From contig NC_043006.1 of NCBI RefSeq assembly GCF_006345805.1, forward strand, positions 6,262,001-6,326,000: a stretch of DNA of 64,000 nt. The letters run 5' to 3'. Shown in pieces: positions 24,201 through 36,500 of the stretch (positions are counted from its first letter, which is position 1; the number at the start of each line of letters is the position of its first letter). The DNA is from Octopus sinensis. Its lineage: Eukaryota. Below the pieces are notes generated by a model that did no database searches, had not been told where the DNA came from, and saw only the letters and a list, made by a program, of their open reading frames with translations. The position numbers and the translations under genes are program-made.

Positions 24201-27200
24201 CAAAATGCCATCAGTTCATGTGATAGAGTGGTTGGCAACAGGAAAAGCATCTAACCATGGAAACCAAGACAAAAACGTAATGTGTGAAGAAGACATAGAT
24301 GCTGCACACGAGATTGCAAGCCACAGCTTGTGGGGGAAATAATTCTGAGTAAAAAAATAACAGAGGGTAAGGAATTTCTTTGGTTATGTTGTAGACAACC
24401 TCTTTAGAGCCAGTGACAACATAAAATGCACCCAGCCCATATTGTAAGACATACACAGCAATCGAATTGGTTAATATTTATTACTGGTGTGTGCGTGTAC
24501 CAAGATAATGGGAGAATGACAAGTGATGAAAGGATACGAGATTCACCTAACTTATACTTGCATAGAAATACAAATAAAAGGAACTAGCACTATGACCCGG
24601 CGTTGCCAGGTCATAGTGCTAGTGCATGCATATATAGCTGCATGCGTGCGCACATACATACGAGTACTCTCCAAATCTCCGACCAATGACATAAAACTAG
24701 CTGGCATTCAATTGGCGTATCAAGTTTCGGGCATTTTGATTGGGTTTTGGATAGAAAATTCACAAAAAAGTCACTTCTATTGATTTTTTAATGGCTTTGC
24801 GGGGTGACTGGGGAAATGGAAAGATGTGCACGACCACCCTTGGACGGTTTTGAATGACCATAGAAAGTGTGAGCCCTCTAACTGAAAATTTGTGGGTTTG
24901 TATAAAGGATACACACACACACAGACAGACATTTTGCCATTTATATATATATATATAGGGATAATGGTAATGATGATAGTGAATGTGATAGATAGTGATG
25001 ATAGTGATAGATAATCAACTGATTAAAATAGAGCTAATCAGAGTTAATCACAAACAAATAATATTTTCATTGACAATGTATTTATGCTGAACAGAAAAAA
25101 ACTTTTTAAAGTAACCCATGCAAAACAACATTAAAAGAAACTTTACATACCAATATAGGCTAGGAACCAACTTGTCCGCACTTCCAGATCAATTTCTGAC
25201 TGGATGCGATCCCCCAGGACAATCAACATAGAAACGGTTGACTGAATGTCTTCCTTGAATAAGAGATATTATAGCAATGTTTTATACAACTGTTAACTTT
25301 AAGAAACAAATTTCTATATTTTCTGTCCTAGAATGAATAAAAATGTTTTAACAAAGCCTTGCATTTACACATCACTTCTTATTACAACTCAACAACTTTG
25401 TAACAACTTAAATATAGAGTTTGGAAATTGTTTGTCAACCAAGTAGCATTACAGCTGTAGTAAAGTTTGAACATACAATCAGCATTTTAGCACCTTAACC
25501 CTTTAGCGTTCATATTAATTTGTCAAAAATAATCCTTATTTATTCCCATTTAAAAAAATTTATCTGATATTATTTTGTAGTTTAAAGATAGGAAAGATGT
25601 AACTGCTTATTTTTAGAATGACATTGCAGGGTAGGTGTGAGATGCATGTTCTGGCCAGTTTGAGCATAAAATGTGTAGAATATTTGGGCCGGATATAGCT
25701 GGTTTAAACACTAAAGGGTTAAATCATTACACTTGATGAGGTGGCATACAAGAAACAACAGTCATGTAAGAGAGCTAAAGAAGACCTTGATGTTTGATAA
25801 AATCATTCTAAAAATTTATTCTCAATTCATTTTGGGACTGAGAGTGCATATTACCAATCAAAAGAACCTCTATTTGTAGCCTAAGCTAGGGGTGTAACCA
25901 GCCCACTTATGAGTACCTTCCCTTCATTGGACACTGCTTGCGAAGACCTGTTGAGGCAAGTGAAATCGGAATCGAAATCAAATTCGATGACTGGCATCTG
26001 TGCTAGTGGAATGGTAAGAGCACCATCTGAGCGTGATCGTTGCCAGAGCAGCTGACTGGTGTTCGTGCTGGTGGCATGTAAAAAGCACCAGTTGAGCAGG
26101 ATCCTCACCAGCGTCGCCTTACTGGCACTTGTGCCAGTGTGTAGGTGACACGTAAAAAAAACACGATTTTTTTGTTTGTGTGTCTGTGTTTGTCCCACCA
26201 ACATCGCTTGACAACCGATGCTGGTGTATTTACGTCCCTGTAACTTAGCAGTTCAGCAAAAGAGAACGATAGAATAAGTACTAGGCTTACAAAGAATAAG
26301 TCCTGGGGACGATTTGCTCAACTAAAGGTGGTGCTCCAGCATGGCCGCAGTCAAATGACTGAAACAAGTAAAAGAGAGTAAAAGAAAGTAACTGTATATA
26401 AGCTATAAAGTATTATGGTTACTGACTTACTTCAGCATAAGCAACAAGCATATCCTTAACCAGGGAGCTACAGTCCCACTGTGGTATAATGGGGAGTTTC
26501 ACGTTGATGTAGAGATCGTTCACTGCGGCGCCATTACTGATTGTCTCTTTATGGTTATAACTTGTGGCTTGAAATGAATTGCCATCACTGTCGTTTGCGG
26601 GTGAATAGTGGGGTGGAGGCACTGGTGGCGCGTTGCTAAACTCAAGCTCATGACGAGGTTGGAAGGCTTCTGCTGGAAGAGACCAATCCTGTTGGAAAAA
26701 GAAAAAAAAAATACTGGATGTAAGGAAGATGAACTTTAAAATGTCTAACTAATGTCTTAACCCTTATGTTACCAACCCGGCCAAAACCAGCTCTGGCTTT
26801 GTAGTACAAATGTCTTGTTTGCATAAGTTTTGCATTAAAATCTCCCACCAAACCTGAGTCGCAATTTATGTTACTAACACTTGTTTAATGATAACTAAGT
26901 TATTTTACTAAATTCTTTGTTATATTTAAAATAATTGAAAGAAACACAGAGCATCTCAAAATAAATATAGTAACAAAAGGGTTAATTCAAATTCTTTTGA
27001 TGAATCTTTAACAACTAAGACACATAAAATATTCTTTTAAAATCATTCGTAATCATCATCTTTATCTTGCAGCTGTCGTTGCCAGAGCGGCTAACTGGCT
27101 TCCGTGCCGGTGGCATGTAGGAGGCACCATTCGAGTGGGCTCGTTACCAGCACCTGTGCCGTTAGCATGTGTAAAAAGATTCGAGCGAGGTCCTTGCCAG

Positions 27201-30200
27201 TACCGCCTGACTGGCCCCCCGTGCCGGTGGCACGTAATAAGCACCCACTACACTCTTGGAGTGGTTGGTGTTAGGAAGGGCATCTAGCTGTAGAAACTGC
27301 CAGATCAAGACTGGAGCCTGGTGCAGCCATCTGGTTCACCAGCCCTCAGTCAAACCGTCCAACCCATGCTAGCATGGAAAGCAGACGTTAAACGATGATG
27401 ATGATTGATCTGAAAGCAAATGAACTGAAGGAAACCACTCATAAGTATAAGACACGATAAGATGTGCTCTCCATACAGTTTACTTATGACCTTTTATTTA
27501 GATATTTCTATATTATACTAGCAGTATCGCCTGGCGTTGCTCGGGTTTGTAAGGGAAATAACTATATAAGCATTTTTAGAGAGTTACTTCCCTTATAGAT
27601 GACAATTCGGGCTTTCTTAGCCATTTTTGTTTTGGTGTCTTCAAGCCATGAAGTCGTTGTTCTAAAAGAACGCTGGTCTCCTTGACAACGCTTTACGACG
27701 TTGATTTCCTTACACTCCCTTCCCCACAGCTTCACGAGGGAGGGAAGAAGGGGGAGAAGCAACACAGGTGCAGGTGTGACCATGGACGCCAACTCCGCCG
27801 CCATCGACACACAAAAAATTATGCATTAAAATGGAATAAAAAATGATGTTAAATTATTTTTAAAATCGTAGACTCATCGTAGACACGCGCTAATAGCCAG
27901 ACGGGCTCGATATTAATCACGACTATAAGATACCCGAATTTGGTTAAACTGCACCGCAAAATGTGGGAGTAGTTAGGAATCTAAATCGAAGGGGACAGAC
28001 ACTCACACAACTACAGTTTTATATATATAGATTATGTGGCTGAACTACTGATGTTGTTGTTGTGTTTGAAAGTTGATCAAACTGAATTTGTACAGGATAT
28101 TTTAACACTAATTTCTGGTTGAGGGGTTGACTTCTCCAAAGAAGCATTCAATGTAGTAGCGTAGTAGTAATAGTAAGGGTGCATTTGATGCAGTGTAGTG
28201 TTGTTATTTAACCCCAGGTTAGCTTTGACTGAGTAGACCTATGACCAATGCCATTCAGCAGTGTCTGTTCTGCCATTTTTATGCATCATATTCAAAGTAT
28301 CCTTCTGTTTTTTTAAGATAGAAGGGTTAACTTCAAGGAAGATTTGGCTGCCATTTCTGGCATGTTGAGCACTCCTAACAGCCTGTGCATATATTAAGTG
28401 TGATGTAGTAAATGTAAGTATAGAGTAATTGTAGTAATTGTTGTGGATGGATTCCATCCTCCGCACCCAAGTGACTAAAAGTGGACTGACCCATTGCTAT
28501 AAAATACTGTGAGTAATTGGAGTAAGCAGTCCATTACGAGCCATTGATTGAGAGAGTTGAGTCTCGTTTAATAGTAATCGCGTCATGTAAATATTTCTTT
28601 CCCCTGCTTCGTTATATATCCAACATCAGGATATAAAAGCAATTAAGGAACACCTTACAGCAAGCTTAACCCATGAGAGGATCTGTACTCAGAAAAGGAG
28701 GCTAACAAATATATTTTTCAGTTATTTACTGTACCCATAAGTTAAAATTATTAAATCTATAACTGTCAGACCAAACTCCTTTCTATGATGAAAGAAACTA
28801 AAGACACCATGATCTTGACAAAGATGTTTTCTATGAAGTTGAAAATATCTCCCCAAATGAAAACCAAACAAAGCATCAACCCTTTAGTGTTCGCATTATT
28901 CTGCCAAAATTAATGCTTTGTTGCCAGCCCCGCCTGGCACCTGTGCAGGTGGCACGTAAAAAGCACCCACTACACTCACGGAGTGGTTGGCGTTAGGAAG
29001 GGCATCCAGCTGTAGAAACATTGCCAAATTAGACTGGAGCCTGGTGCAGCCTTCTGGCTTCCCAGACCCCGGTCGAACCGTCCAACCCATGCTAGCATGG
29101 AGAACGGACGTTAAACGACGATGATGATGATGATGATTGTTTTGAACTAATCGTGCATTATCTTGTAGCTATGAGATTTTGATGAGGTCGCTGTTAATTT
29201 TTAAAACGATATTGTAGGGCTGGTGTGAGAGACCAGATCTGACTAGTTTGAACATAAAACAGGTAGAATACTTTTGGCTGGATATGGCCGGTTTAAATGC
29301 TAAAAGGTTAAAGAAAAAGAAGAGTAATGAAAGGAGTGATTTATATTTAAAGAGTGCAAAGTAAAGGTAAAAGAAATCTTATAAAACAGAAGCTTTTGTT
29401 AGAACAAAAGTTTTACTGAAAATGCCATCAAAGTTGATACAAACATGTTTATCATGAAGTACACTGTCAGCATCTTCGAGGTCATAAGAGAAATCTGTGT
29501 CCCCTTCACCAAAGAAAAAGTCTCCTGTCTGACTGGCTAAACCAGTGGCAATGTTTGCTAAATTTTTTTCTTGAACTTCATTTTCTGGGTCAGATTCTTC
29601 TTCACTGCATCCTGTAGAAAAACAAAATAATCTCTATAAATAAAACTGAGGATATGTGTGTGTGTGTGTGTGTGAGAGTTTGTGTAAACCCACAGAACTT
29701 CTCAAGTTTGCAACTGATTTTCTCTAAACTGGGAACATACACTACTTTTGTTCCAGAGATGGTTTTAGACTCTTAAAATTTGTCATATAATGTGTAATGG
29801 GGCCCCTGCAGGCAGAAAACTCCCTTTTCTGGGGTACATACAACTGCCTGCATGGTCCATGCATTGCTTCTGTTCAAACTGGAAAAAACAACAACTGAAA
29901 TGATATAAGTAGGTTGTATTAAATGGATGAACCAATGTAGACTTCAAACAGGTAGTGTATACGTGGTAGCAATAATAGCCTGTTCTCGTTGTACCATAGG
30001 TAGCGATTTGTTGGAATAAAAACCATTTGAAATGCACAATGTTCATTATGGAAAGTATGCTAAAATATGTTAAATCCTGAGCAACTTTTCAACTATTTTC
30101 TTTTAGCTTCAGTATCAAAGTCTTTCTTCTAAGCATAGACAAAGCTCATACAAATATTCTTCATCTAGGTGTAGGAGTGGCTGTGTGGTAAGTAGCTTGT

Positions 30201-33200
30201 TTACGAACCACATGGTTCTGGGTTCAGTCCCACTGCGTGGCACCTTGGGCAAGTGTCTTCTACTATAGCCTCGGGCCAACCAACGCCTTGTGAGTGGATT
30301 TGGTAGACGGAAACTGAAAGAAGCCCGTCGTATATATGTATATATATATATATATGCATGTGTGTGTTTGTGTCTGTGTTTGTCCCCCTAGCATTGCTTG
30401 ACGACCGATGCTGGTGTGTTTATGTCCCCGTTATTTAGCGGTTCGACAAAAGAGGCCGATAGAATAAGTACTGGGCTTACAAAAGAATAAGTCCCGGTGT
30501 CGAGTTGCTCGATTAAAGGCGGTGCTCCAGCATGGCCACAGTCAAATGACTGAAACAAGTAAAAGAGTATCTATTGATTACAAACCAAAATATCACATGT
30601 ACTTTAACCTACTAAATTATGGTGTCTAAGACCTAACCATGTTAGAGATCGTGTCCTTAATGTGACCTTGAGTGCCTGAATACTGCATGCAGAACTGCAT
30701 TCGTTTGGGAGCTGAGTTGTGCTCACAATGGTCACACGCTGTTTACACAGAGCAGTGCATGGTTGAGCCATGACTATTGATTCTCAACCACGTCGTCGGC
30801 AACCCAACCACGTTTGTTAGAGACCGTGTCCTTAATGTGATCTTGCATACCTTGATGCTGCATGCAGAATAATTCATCACAATACGAAGCCATCTTCATA
30901 AAAAATAAACAACGTACCTGAGGTGTTCTCTCCCAGTGGATTATCTTTTTCCACTTCGCAACTTTTCTCAGGAGTTGCATCAGCAATTTTCCCAACTGTA
31001 AAATATAAAAGACAGACATCAGAATGAGAGGGGAGGGGAGTACGTGTGCATTTTAACCAAAACTTTCTGTCTAATTCTTGCAAACTGAGAACACTTTTCA
31101 GACAGGTTCAATTATCAAGAGTATTTAATCTTTCTTTAAAGACTACTGTGCACAAAATGTAATGAAGTATCTATTTTTTAAACTAAGGTAAGTGAAATGA
31201 TGTAAACTAGTCTAAGAATGCAAATTTAATATCAATAACAAAGTAGGAAACTGTGGCTTAATGAGCCAGGCATGAGGTACGCATTTGAAATAGTGAGAAA
31301 CTTTAAAAACTTCAGGGAAAATTCATGATTAATTTAGTCATTTGCCATAAAATTCTTCATGCTTACACACACACACACACACTATACATCAGAAATAGTC
31401 AATTAAGAAAAGCTGGAGGGAGACCAAAACAACTAAGGAGAAAAATAAAAAGGTCAAAGATATATATATTATATATGATCCGATCGTGGCCATTGCCAGC
31501 GCCGCCCCGACTGGCCTCCGTGCCGGTGGCACGTAAAAGCACCATCCATTCGTGTCTGTTGCCAGCCTCGCCTGGCCCCCGTGCCGGTGGCATGTAAAAG
31601 CACCATCCGTTTGTGGCCGTTTGCCAGCTCCATCTGGCACCTGTGCGGGTGGCACGTAAAAAGCACCCACTACACTCTCGGAGTGGTTGGCGTTAGGAAG
31701 GGCATCCAGCCGTAGAAACACTGCCAGATCAGACTGGACCTGATGCAGCCTTCTGGCTTCACCCATGCTAGCATGGAAAGCGGACGCTAAATAATGATGA
31801 AATGGCGGTGCCCCAGCATGGCCACAGCTCATGAGCTGAAACTAGAATCAATCAATCAATCATATATGTTCCCTGGGAGCTCCTCCATGCTGATGACCTG
31901 GCTCTCATAGCAGAATCACTACCGGAACTAGAAAAAAAAATTTCGGGTGTGGAAGCAAGGGTTAGAATCAAAGGGCCTTAGAGTAAATGTAGCAAAGACC
32001 AAAGTTATAGTAAGCAGAAAGGCGAACTCGGCACACACACCCTCGGGCAGGTGGCCCTGCTCGATCTGTAGGAAAGGTGTAGGTAGAAACTCCATAAGAT
32101 GCACCCAGTATAAGCTATGGACGCATAAGAGGTGCAGCAACATCAAAGGGAAATTAACTGATAAGATAGTTTTCATGTGCGGCAGATGCACAGGGACAAT
32201 AGACACCACAGATACTCAGAAAACAGATTCCATCACACTCCAGGGGGAGAAACTAGAAGTAGTTGATAGTTTCTGCTACCTAGGTGACCAAGTTAGTAGT
32301 GGAGGTGGATGCTCAGAGAGTGTCACCACTAGAATACGAATAGCCTGGGCAAAGTTTAGAAAGCTCCTACCCCTACTGGCGACAAAGGGTCTCTCGCTCA
32401 GAGTGAAAAGTAGATTGTATGATGCATGCGGGTGAACCACCATGCTTCACGGTAGTGAAACATAGGCTGTGACTGCAGAGGACATGCGTAGACTTGAAAG
32501 AAATGAAGCTAGCATGATTCGCTGGATGTGTAATGTCAGTGTGCGCACACGACAGAGGGTAAGCACCCTGAGAGAAATGCTGGACATAAGAAGCATCAGA
32601 TGTGGTGTGCAAGAGCAACGCTTGCGATGGTATGGTCATGTACTGCTGATGGATGAGGAGAGATGTGTGAAGAAGTGCCGCTCCCAAACAGTTGAAGGTA
32701 TCAGGGGGAGAGGTAGACCCAGGAAGACATGGGATGAGGTAGTCAAGCATGACCTCAAAGCGTTGGGCTTCACAGAGGCAATGACGAAGGACCGAGATCT
32801 CTGGAGATATGCTGTGACTGCAAGAACATGAACATTGAAATAAATATCAATGGAAATAGTAGTTGTGATACCTGTGCTGGTGGCACATAAAAAGCCCCTT
32901 CCGAACGTGGCCGATACCAGCACCGCCTCGACTGGCTTCTGTGCCAGTGACACATAAAAAGCACCATCTGAACGTGGCCGATGCCAGCACCGCCTTGACT
33001 GGCTCCGTGCCGGTGGCACGTTAAAAGCACCAACTGATCGTGGCCGATGCCAGATTCCCCTGGCACCTGTACCGGTGGCACGTAAAAAGCACCCACTACA
33101 CTCGTGGAGTGGTTGGCGTTAGGAAGGGCATCCAGCTGTAGAAACAGTGCTAGATCAGACTGGAGCCTGGTGCAGCTCCTGGTCGAACTGTCCAACCCGT

Positions 33201-33519
33201 GCTAGCGCAGAAAACGGACGTTAAACGATGATGATGATAGTTCAGCAAAAATTTCGATTCAGATGAATATGGTACTTAAGTTAAAGGCACCAGAATTTGG
33301 TATGGTATTATCCATATAAATCAAATGGGGTGATTATAATTAAAATAAGCAAGAAGGATATCCAAAGGTAGTGTAGTACAATCGTTTCATGCTACTTCAT
33401 TTCATTAAACAATGTAAGTATTACATCAGTTTTAAAATGTAGAGCACTCTTCAGCCACATATGGAATTTTTAAAATTAAATTGACAATGTTCATTTTTAT
33501 ACTTATTCCATTTGCCAAC

Positions 33520-33553
<34 letters not shown>

Positions 33554-36500
33554 GGGGGGAGAAAGAAAATGTACATAACATATATGATAAATATATAACA
33601 ATGAAGTAGGAAGTTCTTTTTCAAATGAATGGTATTAGTTTGTCACTTTTAGAGACAGTATATTTTCATAGTTTCTTAGAAAATATTTATACTCCTTTTT
33701 TCCTAGTTTATATATAGAAAATTCCAATATTTGGAGACCTGATTAACGAAGGCCCTCAAACTTCAAATCTATATGAGAGGACAGCTGAAAGTTACCAGCG
33801 AAGGATAGATTGTATGATGCTTTTGGATGACCTGTGATGCTGCCTGGCAATGAGATGTGGGTCCTGAATGTTGAGGATGTTCAAAGGCTGGAGATAAATG
33901 AAGCAAGCAATGTGCTGCTGGATGTGTAATGTTAGGGTGCATGGATAAAATGTTATATAAAATAAATGAGCTGAGAGAGAGAAAGTGGGTGTCTGAGGGG
34001 TCAAAGGTAGGATGTGAGAGATGACTGTTGGTGTGGATAAATGATGTGTATGGATGATAAAAAAAAAAGGTACCAGGAGCTCAATGATGAAGGAAACTGG
34101 GGGAGAGAAAGACCAAACAGGATGGATGCAGGAATAGTGATGGCTGATGTTAGGAGGCTGAATCCGACAAAAGAGAAGACAAATGCTGGCATGCTATGTT
34201 GGAAAAGACCCACCTAACCCATGCAAGCATAGAAAAGCGAATATGATAGTGATGAAAGACAATGTAAAAAGCCCTGAAATTTGGGGCTAATTGATTACAT
34301 CAACCCCAATGCTCAAATGGGGTCTTATTTTACTGACCCTGAAATGATGAAAGGTAAAGGTAATTTGAATTCAGGAAGATTTAGGAAGAATTTAATGAGT
34401 ACTTACTCTTCTCCATATCAGGTTTATCACTAAGGGCAGAATATCCTGGACCGGAGTGGTATGGTGGAGTCAGGTTACTTGGAGAAGTACAGGAATACAA
34501 TGTCTTTAAAATCATCCAAGTAAGGTACACCTGCAGAAGACCAAATAACTCAATATCACTATTAGCACCTTTATAATTTACAAGTAGACGAATATTAATA
34601 TAGCACAGAAATATCGACATCTCACACATTTATATGTGTCACCACTACACACATTTTTTTCTCTCCTTGTTTTTTTCTGTGTCCCTTTCTGTAGAAGAGC
34701 GTAGGCTCGAAACGTAAAAGACTTTTTCTATTCCTGAGCTTTATACTAATACATCTGTTTGTTTTCTACAACAACCGTCTTCGTCTTTGTTTTTTTTTTG
34801 TAAACTCTCCCCATATATATATATATACATACACACACACATCATCATCATCATCATCATTTAGCGTCCGTTTTCCATGCCAGCATGGGTTGGACGGTTC
34901 TACTGGGGTCTGTGAAGCCAGAAGGCTTCATCAGGCCCAGTCAAATCTGGCAGTGTTTCTACGGCTGGATGCCCTTCCTAACGCCAACCACTCCGTGAGT
35001 GTAGTGGGTGCTTTTTACGTGCCACCCGCACTGGTGCCAGACAGAGCTGGCAAACGGCCACGAACGGATGGTGCTTTTTATGTGCCACCGGCACGAGGGC
35101 CAGGCGAGGCTGGCAACGGACACGAAACGGGGCGGTGCTGGCAACGGTCGCGAAACGGAAAGTTCTCTTACATGCCACCGGCACTGGTAACACATCTGCA
35201 ATTTCCATTGATCGATTTCCATTGATCGATTTCGATTCTGATCCTCACTTGCCTCAATGGGTCTTCACAAGAAGAGTTTCGACATGCCACCGGCACTGGT
35301 AGCACATCCGCAATTTCCATTGATCGATTTCGATTCTGATCCTCACTTGCCTCAACACGTCTTCACAAGTAGAGTTTTGTGTCCCAAGAAGGGAAGGTAT
35401 GCATACGTAGGCTGGCTCCATCCCATGTAGAAGGCCACGGGTTGTGGACTCACTTGTCCTGCCGGGTCTTCTCGCGCACAGCACACTTCCAGAGGTCTCG
35501 GTCTCTAGTCATTTCCTCAGTGAGACCTAAAGTTCGAAGGTCGTGCTTCACCACCTCGTCCCAGGTTTTCCTGGGTCTGCCTCTTCCACAGGTTCCCTCA
35601 ACCGCTAGGGTGTGGCACTTTTTCACACAACTATCTTCATCCATTCTCGCCACATGACCATACCAGCGCAAACGTCTCTCTTGCACACCACAACTGATGC
35701 TTCTTAGGTCCAGCTTTTCTCTCAAGGTACTTACACTCTGCCGAGTGTGAGTACCAGCATTACACATCCATCGGAGCATACTGGCTTCATTTCTAGCGAG
35801 CTTACGCATATCCTCAGCAGTCACAGCCCATGTTTCACTGCCATGTAGCATGGCTGTTCGTACACACGCATCATACAGTCTGCCTTTCACTCTGTGCGAG
35901 AGGCCTTTTGTCACCAGCAGAGGTAAGAGCTCTCTGAACTTTGCCCAAGCTATTCTTACTCTAGCAGTTACACTTTCAGCACACCCACCCCCGCTGCTGA
36001 CTTGGTCACCTAGGTAACGGAAACTATCAACTATTTCTAGTTTTTCTCCCTGGAAAGTGACGGAAGTTGGTCTCAGAGCATTTTCAGTGTTTATTGTTCC
36101 TGAGCATCTGCCACATACAAAAACCATCTTCCTAGTTAGCCTTCCTTTGACATTGCTGCATCTCTTATGTGTCCATAGCTTACACTTGGTGCATCTTATA
36201 GAGTTTCTACCTACACCTTTTCTACAGATCGAGCAGGGCCATCTACCTGAAGGTGTTTGTGATTTGTCTACCTTCCTACTGATTACGACTTTGGTTTTAG
36301 CTAGATTGACTCTGAGGCCCTTCGATTCTAATCCTTGTTTCCACACCTGAAACTTCTCCTCCAGTTCTGATAGCGACTCAGCAATTAGAGCAAGGTCATC
36401 AGCATAGAGGAGCTCCCAAGGGCATCCTGTCTTGAATTCCTCCGTTATTGCCTGGAGGACTATGATAAATAGGAGGGGGCTGAGTACTGAGCCCTGGTGG

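Noticed and set aside
31389-31832. ORFs such as MLFTCHRH... and WCFLRATGT... repeated across the window
   Set aside because: Chance open frames in the GC-richer RTE 3'-UTR repeat, not host genes.
32850-33090. Regular 45-50-bp repeats with variable intervening sequence resembling a CRISPR array (also 59085-59390, 37490-37790)
   Set aside because: They lie in RTE 3' UTRs of a eukaryotic intron, the 'spacers' are homologous to each other, and there are no cas genes.
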